From NCBI GenBank assembly GCA_041572275.1, contig JBFFSQ010000004.1, forward strand, positions 1 to 36,037: 36,037 nucleotides of DNA, written 5' to 3'. Under the pieces are notes generated by a model. The model was not told the origin of the DNA. It saw nothing but the letters and a program-made list of their open reading frames with translations, and searched no databases. The number at the start of each line of letters is the position of its first letter. Position 1 is the first letter of the stretch. The position numbers and the translations under genes were made by a program. This document shows, one piece after another, positions 9,323 through 18,153 of this stretch. This DNA comes from Gammaproteobacteria bacterium (GTDB lineage: Bacteria > Pseudomonadota > Gammaproteobacteria > SZUA-229).

Positions 9323-11172
9323 TCAGCCTCTCCCCTGTTCAGCCAGGCGTCGATCACCTTACGTGCAATCGGCGCCGCCACACCACTACCATGACCTCCA
9401 TTCTCCGCAATCACTGCAACGGCAATTTCAGGATTCTCATAGGGTGCAAAAGCGACAAACAAGGCGTGATCACGTAGTTTTCGTGCCACTGTTTCTTCAT
9501 CATACTCGGCATCCTGGGCAATACCGAACACCTGCGCAGTACCGGTCTTACCAGCCATCCGGTACTTCAGTCCATAACCCGTGCTACGAGCGGTTCCCCG
9601 AGGGCCATGAACTACACTGTACATGCCTTTAAATATATGCTGCCAGTTACCCGTACGATTCAGTTTGATTTGTTTACCGGGTCGGGCAGTCCATAGCTGA
9701 CTCTCACTACGACCTGGACTGCGTAACTCATTGAGCAGATGAGGTGTCATTATCTGCCCCCGCATCGACAAGGTAGCTGTTGCCGACGCCAGCTGCATAG
9801 GTGTCGTCAGCATATAGCCCTGGCCAATACCGGAAATAAGGGTTTCACCTGGAAACCAGATTTTATGCCGCGTGCGTTTTTTCCATTCCCGCGACGGCAA
9901 CAATCCTGTTTGCTCGCCCACAGTATCCAGTCCTGTACGCTGACCAAAGCCAAACTGGCCGAGGAACTTATGCATATGATCAATACCCAGACGATAGGCT
10001 ATTTCATAAAAGTACACATCGCAGGACTGAGCCAGAGCCTCTTCCAGATTCGTTTCGCCATGCCCCTCTTTTTTCCAGTCGCGGTATCTGCGTTCCTCAT
10101 TTGGCAACAAATAATAACCTTCGCAATCGATTTGCTCCCGGTGGCCCATAGTTTTGTACTCCAGACCTGCTAGAGCGACAAAAGGCTTCATGGTCGAACC
10201 CGGCGGGTACTGCCCGGCCAGTGCACGATTAAACAAGGGGCGATTATCGGAATCACGCAGGCGCGTGTAATCTTTCACACTGATACCATGCACAAACAGA
10301 TTGGGATCATAGGTTGGCATACTGGCCATTGCCAGTATCTCACCGGTTTCCGGCACCATGGCCACCACAGCACCGTTGTAATCCTCCATGGCATTCTCAG
10401 CCACTGCCTGCAACTCGGCATCCAGCGACAGCACCAGATTCTGTCCCGGCTCCGGTTTCTTTTCCTCTAGCACGCGCAGTATGCGGCCCTGCACATTGAC
10501 TTCGACACTTTGGTGCCCAACCTGACCATGCAGCTCATCTTCATAGAATTTCTCCAGGCCAACCTTGCCGATATGACTAGTACCGGAGTAATTCGCCGCA
10601 TCCACTTTCTTCAGCTCATCTTCATCGATACGGCCAACATAGCCAATGACATGTACCGCCCGCTCACCCAGCGGGTAGTAGCGACTCAAGCGAGCAGTTA
10701 TATCCATACCCGGGAACCTGTGCCGGTTGACTGCCAACCGAGCCACTTCATCTTCCGATAGCTTGGTGCGTAAGGGAATGCCTTCGAAAGGATGGCTGCG
10801 TTTGACGGCTTTGCGGAATCGTTTCAGTGTCGGTTCATCCAGTGCCACTAGCTCGGCCAAGCCCTCAATGGTGGCATCCATGTCTTCCACCTGCTCCGGG
10901 GTGATCTCCAAACGATAAGAAGGAATGTTTTCAGCCAGTACCACACCATTGCGGTCGTAAATCAAACCACGATTAGGTGCGATGGCCATTAGCCTGACCC
11001 GGTTATTTTCCGACAGGGTTTTGAAATGAGCATGCTCAATCAGCTGCAAATAGACTAGGCGACTCAGCAGTACACCAATGAATAGTACACTCAGGAACGC
11101 GGCCACTAGTGCCCGCCGCTTAAACAGCAGAGCTTCCTGAAAATGATCTTTTATGAGTGAACGATAAGCCAT
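9319..11172 (-). CDS. mrdA: Penicillin-binding protein 2
   Basis: N-terminal TM segment, PNRGLIYDRNG, and STMK (SxxK), SCD (SxD, PBP2-type) and KTGTAQ motifs. Confidence 0.97.
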   Translation of the reverse strand: MAYRSLIKDHFQEALLFKRRALVAAFLSVLFIGVLLSRLVYLQLIEHAHFKTLSENNRVRLMAIAPNRGLIYDRNGVVLAENIPSYRLEITPEQVEDMDATIEGLAELVALDEPTLKRFRKAVKRSHPFEGIPLRTKLSEDEVARLAVNRHRFPGMDITARLSRYYPLGERAVHVIGYVGRIDEDELKKVDAANYSGTSHIGKVGLEKFYEDELHGQVGHQSVEVNVQGRILRVLEEKKPEPGQNLVLSLDAELQAVAENAMEDYNGAVVAMVPETGEILAMASMPTYDPNLFVHGISVKDYTRLRDSDNRPLFNRALAGQYPPGSTMKPFVALAGLEYKTMGHREQIDCEGYYLLPNEERRYRDWKKEGHGETNLEEALAQSCDVYFYEIAYRLGIDHMHKFLGQFGFGQRTGLDTVGEQTGLLPSREWKKRTRHKIWFPGETLISGIGQGYMLTTPMQLASATATLSMRGQIMTPHLLNELRSPGRSESQLWTARPGKQIKLNRTGNWQHIFKGMYSVVHGPRGTARSTGYGLKYRMAGKTGTAQVFGIAQDAEYDEETVARKLRDHALFVAFAPYENPEIAVAVIAENGGHGSGVAAPIARKVIDAWLNRGEAE

Positions 11173-11277
11173 CAGTTAATAGCAGGTATTGCACAACCAA
11201 TAATCATACCGTGATCAGACATCTGGAAATTTGCACCGCTTCTCGTCTTCACCACAAACTGCTTACCACCTAAAATG

Positions 11278-11805
11278 CTATTGATTGAAACGTCCAATGC
11301 TATCCAATATTTCCTGTTCGGCTTCCTCTACACCCACCCAGCTCTCAACCTTAACCCATTTACCGGACTCCAGTGCCTTGTACTGCTCAAAGAAGTGGGT
11401 GATCTGCCCCAGAATACCGTCATGCAGATCAAAGGGTGATTTCACATCATCATACAGCTTGGTCAGTTGATGAACCGGAACCGCCAGAATCTTATGATCC
11501 TCACCGGCCTCATCAATCATCTTCAACATTCCCACTGGTCGACAACGGATCACCGAACCACTGATCAGAGGAACCGGGGTCACTACTAACACATCGACCG
11601 GATCACCATCCTCTGACAAGGTGTGAGGCATAAACCCATAATTACAGGGATAAAACATCGCCGTACCCATGAAACGATCCACGGTCAGCGTACCACTGTC
11701 TTTATCCACTTCATATTTTACCGGCGAACCATGGGAGGGTATTTCAATTACGACATTAATATCATGAGGAACGTCTTCTCCCAGGGGGAGGTTATCAAGG
11801 TTCAT
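11278..11805 (-). CDS. ppa: Soluble inorganic pyrophosphatase (family I)
   Basis: VKYEVDK, YPCNYGF, DGDPVDV signature, [10 protein letters not shown]. Confidence 0.97.
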   Translation of the reverse strand: MNLDNLPLGEDVPHDINVVIEIPSHGSPVKYEVDKDSGTLTVDRFMGTAMFYPCNYGFMPHTLSEDGDPVDVLVVTPVPLISGSVIRCRPVGMLKMIDEAGEDHKILAVPVHQLTKLYDDVKSPFDLHDGILGQITHFFEQYKALESGKWVKVESWVGVEEAEQEILDSIGRFNQ

Positions 11806-11981
11806 AGCATTCTTCTTTCTTTAAAAATCCACACAATTACATGAAGTCAGTCTGGGCAGACCCAGGAAACACGCTGATTATATCAACAACTGTGCAGAGA
11901 ATACTCGACATTATCTGAGCATTGATTACAATCCAGAAAACCTACGAACTGGTTCTGGACATTTTAGGGGAAACTTCAGCC

Positions 11982-13340
11982 ATGAGAATCGTTTTATTAG
12001 GAGCACCCGGCTCCGGCAAAGGCACACAGGCAAAACTGCTTGTTGAAAAATATAATGTACCTCAGATCTCCACTGGCGATCTGCTTCGCGCAGCGGTGAC
12101 AGCACAAACCCCACTGGGCAGACAGGCCAAAGCGATTATGGATGCCGGTCAGCTGGTACCCAATGAAATTGTCCTTGGCATGATCCGCGAACGCCTGAAC
12201 AATCCGGATGCCCGAAATGGCTTCATCCTTGATGGTTTCCCTCGCAACGTTGAGCAGGCTGAAGAACTCAATACTCTGCTCAGCAACATGGACAAACCCA
12301 TCGAAAAAGCGATTCTCATTGATGTCGACTTTGATGTCCTCATGCAGCGTCTCACCGGTCGACTATCCTGTGAGAAGTGTGGCGCCGTCTACAACACCTT
12401 CACCAACCCACCGGCTCTGGAAGATGAATGTGATGAATGTGGCAGTGATCTACACCACCGCTCTGATGACAATGAAGAAACCATCGGTAAACGTCTACGT
12501 GTCTATGAACAGCAAACACAGCCTGTGGCTGATTATTACAAGGCACAGAACAAGCTTGCCAGTATTGATGGCATGGGCGACATCAACGATATTTTCAAGG
12601 CAATAAAAGTCGCACTGCAAACACCTTCATCTGCCTTGCCCGTCAAAAAGACACCGGCACCCCTGCCGATTGTAAAGCAGGTTGAAGCTGAAGTTGCCGC
12701 TGCAGAAACCAAACCTGCACCCGAAAAGCCTGCCGAAACGAAAGCGGAAGCCCCAAAACCGGCCCCAGCTAAGACTGAAGCTGCACCGACACCCACTGTC
12801 GCCAAAACAGTAGAAAAACCAGCACCGACAAAGGCCCCGGCCAGTAAGCCTGCTGCCGCGAAAAAACCCGACGTGGAGAAAAAGGCCGCGGCTCAAAAAC
12901 CCACTACAGCTAAAAAAGCAGCAGTGAAAAAGGCCACTACTAAAAAGCCTGCCGCCGCCAAAAAAGCGGCCGTGAAAAAAGAAGCTGCTAAGAAACCTGC
13001 TGCTGCCAAAAAAGCAGCCGTGAAAAAAACTGCTGCTAAAAAGCCTGTCTCCGCCAAAAAAGCGGCCGTAAAAAAAGCCGTCGCCAAGAAACCAGCTGTT
13101 GCAAAAAAAGCAGCTGCGAAAAAAGCCAGGACAACAGCTAGCACCAACCCCATGCAGCAACTACGTGACCAGCTCAAAGCCATGCAGGACGAGCTCAAAC
13201 AAGTCAATGCTGAACTGAAACAGGCTGAAAGCCGCAATCAGGCACTGTTATCGGTGGAGAATCAGAAAGATGGCTTACGTAGCCGCTTCTCCAGTCAATG
13301 GGAAAAAGATCTGATGAAAATGCTGAAAAAGATTAAATAA
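11982..13340 (+). CDS. adk: Adenylate kinase (long Zn-lid type) with C-terminal Pro/Ala/Lys-rich histone-H1-like tail and coiled coil
   Basis: GAPGSGKGT P-loop, ISTGDLLR, GFILDGFPR, lid CEKC...CDEC and RSDD. Start set at ATG 11982, downstream of the SD-like AGGGGA. About 240 extra residues follow the core. Confidence 0.95.
   Translation: MRIVLLGAPGSGKGTQAKLLVEKYNVPQISTGDLLRAAVTAQTPLGRQAKAIMDAGQLVPNEIVLGMIRERLNNPDARNGFILDGFPRNVEQAEELNTLLSNMDKPIEKAILIDVDFDVLMQRLTGRLSCEKCGAVYNTFTNPPALEDECDECGSDLHHRSDDNEETIGKRLRVYEQQTQPVADYYKAQNKLASIDGMGDINDIFKAIKVALQTPSSALPVKKTPAPLPIVKQVEAEVAAAETKPAPEKPAETKAEAPKPAPAKTEAAPTPTVAKTVEKPAPTKAPASKPAAAKKPDVEKKAAAQKPTTAKKAAVKKATTKKPAAAKKAAVKKEAAKKPAAAKKAAVKKTAAKKPVSAKKAAVKKAVAKKPAVAKKAAAKKARTTASTNPMQQLRDQLKAMQDELKQVNAELKQAESRNQALLSVENQKDGLRSRFSSQWEKDLMKMLKKIK
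12894..13133 (+). repeat. Five tandem 48-bp coding repeats (16-aa unit, consensus KKPAAAKKAAVKKxxx) inside the adk tail
   Basis: Units start at 12894, 12942, 12990, 13038 and 13086: QKPTTAKKAAVKKATT / KKPAAAKKAAVKKEAA / KKPAAAKKAAVKKTAA / KKPVSAKKAAVKKAVA / KKPAVAKKAAAKKART. Confidence 0.9.
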
Positions 13341-13374
13341 AATTTTAGAGGCCACTCTAAAAACCAGCATGCAC

Positions 13375-13404
13375 AAAAAAGGCCGGGACATCCCGGCCTT
13401 TTTT
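13375..13404. terminator. Bidirectional intrinsic terminator between convergent adk and thioredoxin
   Basis: AAAAAA-GGCCGGGA-CA-TCCCGGCC-TTTTTT perfect inverted repeat, giving U-tracts on both strands. Confidence 0.9.
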
Positions 13405-13495
13405 GTTTCATTCGCTGTATCCAGTGAGGATTAGCGAGTGCACGAACCCACAAAAGCCCAATGAAAATGACTAATGGCGTTTATACACAAACACC

Positions 13496-13882
13496 TTAGG
13501 AACTGGCGTTAGCCTGTTCAGCAGCCTGTGCCTCAGCAATTTCTGCACGGACTTTGTCCATATCCAGCGTTTTGATCTGACCTATCATGTCATCTAGTTG
13601 TGGCCCTGGAACCATGCCGGCTTCAGCAAAGATAATAATCTGTTCACGGAAGACCATCAGGGTGGGGATTGAACGAATCTGAAAATGGGCAGCTATTGCC
13701 TGCTCTTCTTCAGTGTTGATCTTGCCAAAGACAATATCAGGGTGTTTTTCTGATACTTCTTCGTAAATTGGACCAAATGACTTACAGGGACCGCACCAGG
13801 GCGCCCAAAAATCAATCAGAACGATATCGTTCTCATTTACTGTGGACTCAAGATTTTGCTCGTTCAGTTCGATAGTTGCCAC
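13496..13882 (-). CDS. Thioredoxin
   Basis: DFWAPWCGPCK active site and IRSIPT cis-Pro loop. Start reassigned to GTG at 13882, preceded by AGGAG. Confidence 0.92.
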   Translation of the reverse strand: MATIELNEQNLESTVNENDIVLIDFWAPWCGPCKSFGPIYEEVSEKHPDIVFGKINTEEEQAIAAHFQIRSIPTLMVFREQIIIFAEAGMVPGPQLDDMIGQIKTLDMDKVRAEIAEAQAAEQANASS

Positions 13883-13976
13883 ATTCTTCTCCTGTTGTGA
13901 GTTTTCAGGAATACTCCTGTCAAACTCGGAGTATACAGTATTACTAAATACTAATATATGGCCGTAAGCCGGGTTT

Positions 13977-15767
13977 TCAACCCTGGCGCACTCCATAGAG
14001 TTGACGATACAGACCGTCTCGATTCACCAGCTCGTTATGACTGCCTTCGTCAATGACTTTTCCGCCATCGAACACATAGACCCGATCTGCCTGTTTCACA
14101 GCACTCAGTCGATGAGCGATAATTAGAGTCGTTCGGTTACGTAAGAAGCCCTGCAATGCCTGGTGGAGCTGATATTCAGTCTCGGCATCCAGGGCAGATG
14201 TCGCCTCATCAAGTATCACTATTTTAGGATCCATCAACACCATTCGCGCGACCGCCAGGCGCTGACGTTGGCCACCAGACAAACGCACACCGTTGCGCCC
14301 CACGATGGTATCCAGACCTTCAGGCATATCCAAGATTACCGACTTAAGCTGGGCTATTTCCAGCGCCTGCCACAGGGACGCCTCATCGATATCACGTCCC
14401 AAACAAAGATTATTCCGTACGCTGTCATTGAATAGCGCCGGATGCTGCAATACCGTCGCCACATTTTCGCGCACCACATCCAGTCCAATCTCTGTCACCG
14501 GCACCTCATCAAAATACAGTTGCCCAGATGCAGGTGGATAAAGCCCGAGAATTACCTGTACCAAGGTCGATTTACCACCACCACTGGCACCTACCAGGGC
14601 AATTTTTTCACCGGCCTGAATGGTTAGCGAAACATCATCCAGCACGGGATCACCGGGAGTATAGGCAAAGTGGATATGCTCAAGACGCATACCCACGGTG
14701 TGTTGATGTTCAAAGGGATTCTGTCTATTGGGGTACTGGGGTTCCTGTTTCAGGTGCAGCAAGCGATTAATCCGACCTAATGCGGCATTGGCCGAAAAAT
14801 AGCTATACTGGATCGACAAAATTTCCTGGACAGGCGTCATCATAAACCACAGATAGGCATAGACGGCAAACATCTGGCCGATACTGAGACTGGAAAATAC
14901 CACCATCAACATACTCACGGCCCGAAACATCTCAAAGCCCATCAGAAATACAAAGAATGACAGTTTATTGGCCGCATCACTTTTCCAGCTAAACGCAGCA
15001 GAATGGTGCTTGATACCCCGGGCCCGGTCGATCACCCGTAACAGATAATGACGTTCCCGGTTACTGGCACGGATTTCCTGTATACCGTCCAGAGTTTCAC
15101 TCAAGGATTGCTGAAACAGCTCAAACGCCGAATTTTCCTTTTTTTTCAGCTGTTTAACTTTCTTACCTAGCACCGTAGTGAAATAAATCACCAGCGGGTT
15201 CATCACCAGAATAAACAGGCCCAGTGGCCAGTGGATCAATAACAGTATCACCGCCACACCAGTGATCGTCAGCACAGCTACGATAAATTTACTCAAGGCC
15301 GTACCGATAAATATATCGATGGCTTCAACATCAGTAACCATATGTGATGCCACCGTGCCACTACCCAGGGTTTCATACTCCGCCATGGAGACTCGTTGTA
15401 GCCGCTCCAGCAGGCCTCTGCGAATGCGATAGGTAATTTCCTTGGCCACCTGGGTAAAGGTACGTGTCTGCCAGACAGCCAGGGTGATGGCCAGCGCCCG
15501 TAACAACATGGTTACCAGCATCATGACAAGAATATACAGTACGGCACTATGCCAGCTGTCAGGAAACACCGCATTCATCGTTGCCACCAGCGTCCCTGGC
15601 TGCTGTAGCAACACCTCATCAACTAACAAAGGCATCAGCAGGGGAACTGGCGCACTCACCAGTGCCGCAAAAATCGCAATGATATTGGCATACCACAGGG
15701 TTCGCTTATGCTGCAGTGCAATCTGTCGAATATAAGACCAGCTATATTGGAGTGTATGTTCAGACAT
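13977..15767 (-). CDS. ABC exporter, fused permease/ATP-binding protein
   Basis: N-terminal TM domain, Walker A GASGGGKST, signature LSGGQ, Walker B ILDEATSALD, switch IAHRLS. Confidence 0.93.
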   Translation of the reverse strand: MSEHTLQYSWSYIRQIALQHKRTLWYANIIAIFAALVSAPVPLLMPLLVDEVLLQQPGTLVATMNAVFPDSWHSAVLYILVMMLVTMLLRALAITLAVWQTRTFTQVAKEITYRIRRGLLERLQRVSMAEYETLGSGTVASHMVTDVEAIDIFIGTALSKFIVAVLTITGVAVILLLIHWPLGLFILVMNPLVIYFTTVLGKKVKQLKKKENSAFELFQQSLSETLDGIQEIRASNRERHYLLRVIDRARGIKHHSAAFSWKSDAANKLSFFVFLMGFEMFRAVSMLMVVFSSLSIGQMFAVYAYLWFMMTPVQEILSIQYSYFSANAALGRINRLLHLKQEPQYPNRQNPFEHQHTVGMRLEHIHFAYTPGDPVLDDVSLTIQAGEKIALVGASGGGKSTLVQVILGLYPPASGQLYFDEVPVTEIGLDVVRENVATVLQHPALFNDSVRNNLCLGRDIDEASLWQALEIAQLKSVILDMPEGLDTIVGRNGVRLSGGQRQRLAVARMVLMDPKIVILDEATSALDAETEYQLHQALQGFLRNRTTLIIAHRLSAVKQADRVYVFDGGKVIDEGSHNELVNRDGLYRQLYGVRQG

Positions 15768-15942
15768 AATGGTATTCGGGCTGGCTCCTGCAGTTTGCTG
15801 TCAGACGACTAACATTAATCATACACTGTCAAAGCAAAATTTCGGTAGCTGTGGCAACTGCCAACTCATCTATACTTTAATCAATAACATTTTGGGCAAA
15901 CAATTTTCCCCAACCAGTCAGGACAAACAGCCGGGTATCATC

Positions 15943-17346
15943 ATGTCATCTATTCTGGTAATCGATCAGGGCACCCATGCCAGTCGGGCAATGCTGTTTT
16001 CTGGTGATGGCCAGGTACTGGCCCAGGCTGAACAGACCATTGCCCTGCAGCGGCGTAGCCCAGAAGAGATCGAACAGGACCCTGCTGAAATACTGGCCTC
16101 AGTCCAGCAGGTTATACAACGACTGCCCCAAAACTTACTCAGACAGGCACAACATTGCTGCCTGACCAGCCAGCGCTCGACTGTACTGGCCTGGCATGCA
16201 CAGACCGGTAAGGCCCTGTCCCCAGCCCTCAGTTGGCAGGACCGACGCAGTCTGCACGACCTGCAACAATTTCATCCCCTGAACAGCCGCATCAGGGCGA
16301 TTACCGGGCTACCCCTGTCTCCGCATTATGGGGCTGGCAAGTTCCGCTGGTTACTGCAACACTGCCCGCCGGTTCAACAGGCCCTTGAGGATGGACAGTT
16401 ACATCTGGGTATGCTGGTCAGCTACCTGCTACATCACCTGCTCGAGCAACCTCGGCACCTGATTGACCACAGCAATGCCCACCGCAGCCTGCTGTTTGAT
16501 CTGCATCGTCTGGACTGGTCAGCGGAACTCTGTCAGCTATTTGCAATTCCCCAACATTGCCTGCCTGAATGCCTGCCCATGCAATATGATTACGGGCAAC
16601 TGAAAGACTATGGCATTCCAATCACCACGGTCTGTGGCGACCAGAGTGCGGCCCTGTTCGCTCAGGGCCCAATATCATCCGGGGTCGCTCATATCAATAT
16701 TGGTACAGGTGCATTTATTCTCGCACCTTGCGAAGCCCCCATCACCGAGACTGATCTGCTATGCGGGATTGCCCTCAGTGATCAACACCAGCACGGTTAT
16801 CTGCTGGAAGGCACCGTCAATGGCGCCGGTGCCGCATTGAGCTGGGCCCAGCAGCAGTTCCCGGTCGAACAACTCTTCCAGCACTTGCCAGGCTGGCTCG
16901 CCAATACCGACACGGTTCCCTTGTTCGTCAATACCATCGGTGGTCTTGGCTCACCCTGGTGGAAAGATGGTGGACCGGCCCATTTCACGGATGATTGCCC
17001 GTTATCGACACCACAACGCTATGTCGCCATCGTGGAAAGCGTAGTCTTTTTACTGCAGCACAACCTTGAACAGATGCAACAGCAGCTCGACATTCAGCAC
17101 ATCCAGGTCGGTGGTGGCCTGTCAAAACTTGATGGCCTGTGTCAGAAACTAGCCGATCTCAGCGCACTACCGGTTCAGCGCCCACGGCAAACCGAGGCCA
17201 CGGCACGAGGTGCCGCCTGGCTGGCAGCTGGTCGTCCGCAACACTGGTTCTCTCAAGCCATGCCCACAACATTTACGCCACACCAGCAGCCCGGTCTGCA
17301 ACAACGTTACCGGAACTTTATCGACGTCATTCGCGATTTACCATAG
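15943..17346 (+). CDS. FGGY-family carbohydrate kinase (divergent glycerol-kinase-like)
   Basis: IDQGTHASR, EQDP, WQDRR, GDQSAA, GTG and GLGSPWW motifs. Start reassigned to ATG 15943 (MSSILVIDQG). Confidence 0.85.
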   Translation: MSSILVIDQGTHASRAMLFSGDGQVLAQAEQTIALQRRSPEEIEQDPAEILASVQQVIQRLPQNLLRQAQHCCLTSQRSTVLAWHAQTGKALSPALSWQDRRSLHDLQQFHPLNSRIRAITGLPLSPHYGAGKFRWLLQHCPPVQQALEDGQLHLGMLVSYLLHHLLEQPRHLIDHSNAHRSLLFDLHRLDWSAELCQLFAIPQHCLPECLPMQYDYGQLKDYGIPITTVCGDQSAALFAQGPISSGVAHINIGTGAFILAPCEAPITETDLLCGIALSDQHQHGYLLEGTVNGAGAALSWAQQQFPVEQLFQHLPGWLANTDTVPLFVNTIGGLGSPWWKDGGPAHFTDDCPLSTPQRYVAIVESVVFLLQHNLEQMQQQLDIQHIQVGGGLSKLDGLCQKLADLSALPVQRPRQTEATARGAAWLAAGRPQHWFSQAMPTTFTPHQQPGLQQRYRNFIDVIRDLP

Positions 17347-17394
17347 ATTCACTACAATCATAATAAGAATCAAAAACAATAAAGAGATAAAAAA

Positions 17395-18153
17395 ATGACG
17401 ATACCGCATCTGGTTGCCCATCGTGGACAGATGGAACACTACCCAGAAAACACCCTGGTGGGACTGGAAGCCGCCCTCCAGTGTGGCGCCTGCTATATCG
17501 AGTTCGATATACAGGCCACCGCAGACGGTGAACTCGTGGTATTCCACGACACGGAACTGGAGCGCACCACCGGCATCAAGGGTCGGCTCTTCGACAGTCA
17601 GCTGAGTGATTTACAAAATATACGGGCTCACGAACCGCAGCGATTTTCACTGGCTTTTTTCAAACAGCATATTCCGCAACTGTGCGAAGTGGTTCAGCTG
17701 TTGCAACGCTATCCCAAAGCTACCGCGTTTGTCGAAATCAAGGAAGAAAGCCTGGAACATTTCGGCATCGAAGCCATCACTTCCAAACTACTTCGGGAAC
17801 TGGATATCGTACAGCAGCAATGCATCATCATTTCCTTCCTGCCCGAAGCCATTCGCTACCTGCAAAACCATAGTTCGGTACCGACGGGCTGGGTGCTACA
17901 TGCCTATGACGAGAACAGTCATCAAATGGCAGAACAGCTCAAGCCCGATTACCTGATAATCAACCATCGGAAAATTCCAGTCAATGAAGAACCCTGGCCC
18001 GGTCATTGGCACTGGATGGTCTATGATGTGACCGATCCAGAACTGGCCCTGCACTATGCCAGCTACAACATCCCTCTCATTGAAACCCGCAACATCTGTA
18101 GCATGCTTGAGCACCCAGTTCTCACACTCAACGCCTGCGACCATGATCTATGA
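17395..18153 (+). CDS. Glycerophosphodiester phosphodiesterase (GDPD) family protein
   Basis: VAHRG, PENT, IEFDIQATADG, VFHD..L.RTT and VEIK motifs. Confidence 0.9.
   Translation: MTIPHLVAHRGQMEHYPENTLVGLEAALQCGACYIEFDIQATADGELVVFHDTELERTTGIKGRLFDSQLSDLQNIRAHEPQRFSLAFFKQHIPQLCEVVQLLQRYPKATAFVEIKEESLEHFGIEAITSKLLRELDIVQQQCIIISFLPEAIRYLQNHSSVPTGWVLHAYDENSHQMAEQLKPDYLIINHRKIPVNEEPWPGHWHWMVYDVTDPELALHYASYNIPLIETRNICSMLEHPVLTLNACDHDL

Noticed and set aside
12894-13133. Possible CRISPR array or non-coding repeat
   Set aside because: The units are contiguous, in frame and vary at synonymous sites. There are no unique spacers and no cas genes.
12536-13237. Several Phe/Ala/Gly-rich minus-strand ORFs that look like membrane proteins
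   Set aside because: They are the reverse complement of the Lys/Ala repeats in adk, so the hydrophobic pattern is an artefact.
13343-13362. TTTTAGAG resembles the start of type II-A CRISPR repeats
   Set aside because: Only 8 nt, single copy, part of a short palindrome, with no array.
15769-15942. Long N-terminal extensions in the ORF track (also at 5140-5196, 11922-11981, 13883-13996, 18056-18142 and 19332-19367)
   Set aside because: Family homology begins at the downstream start codons, some with clear SD sequences. The extensions cover promoters, hairpins or neighbouring genes.
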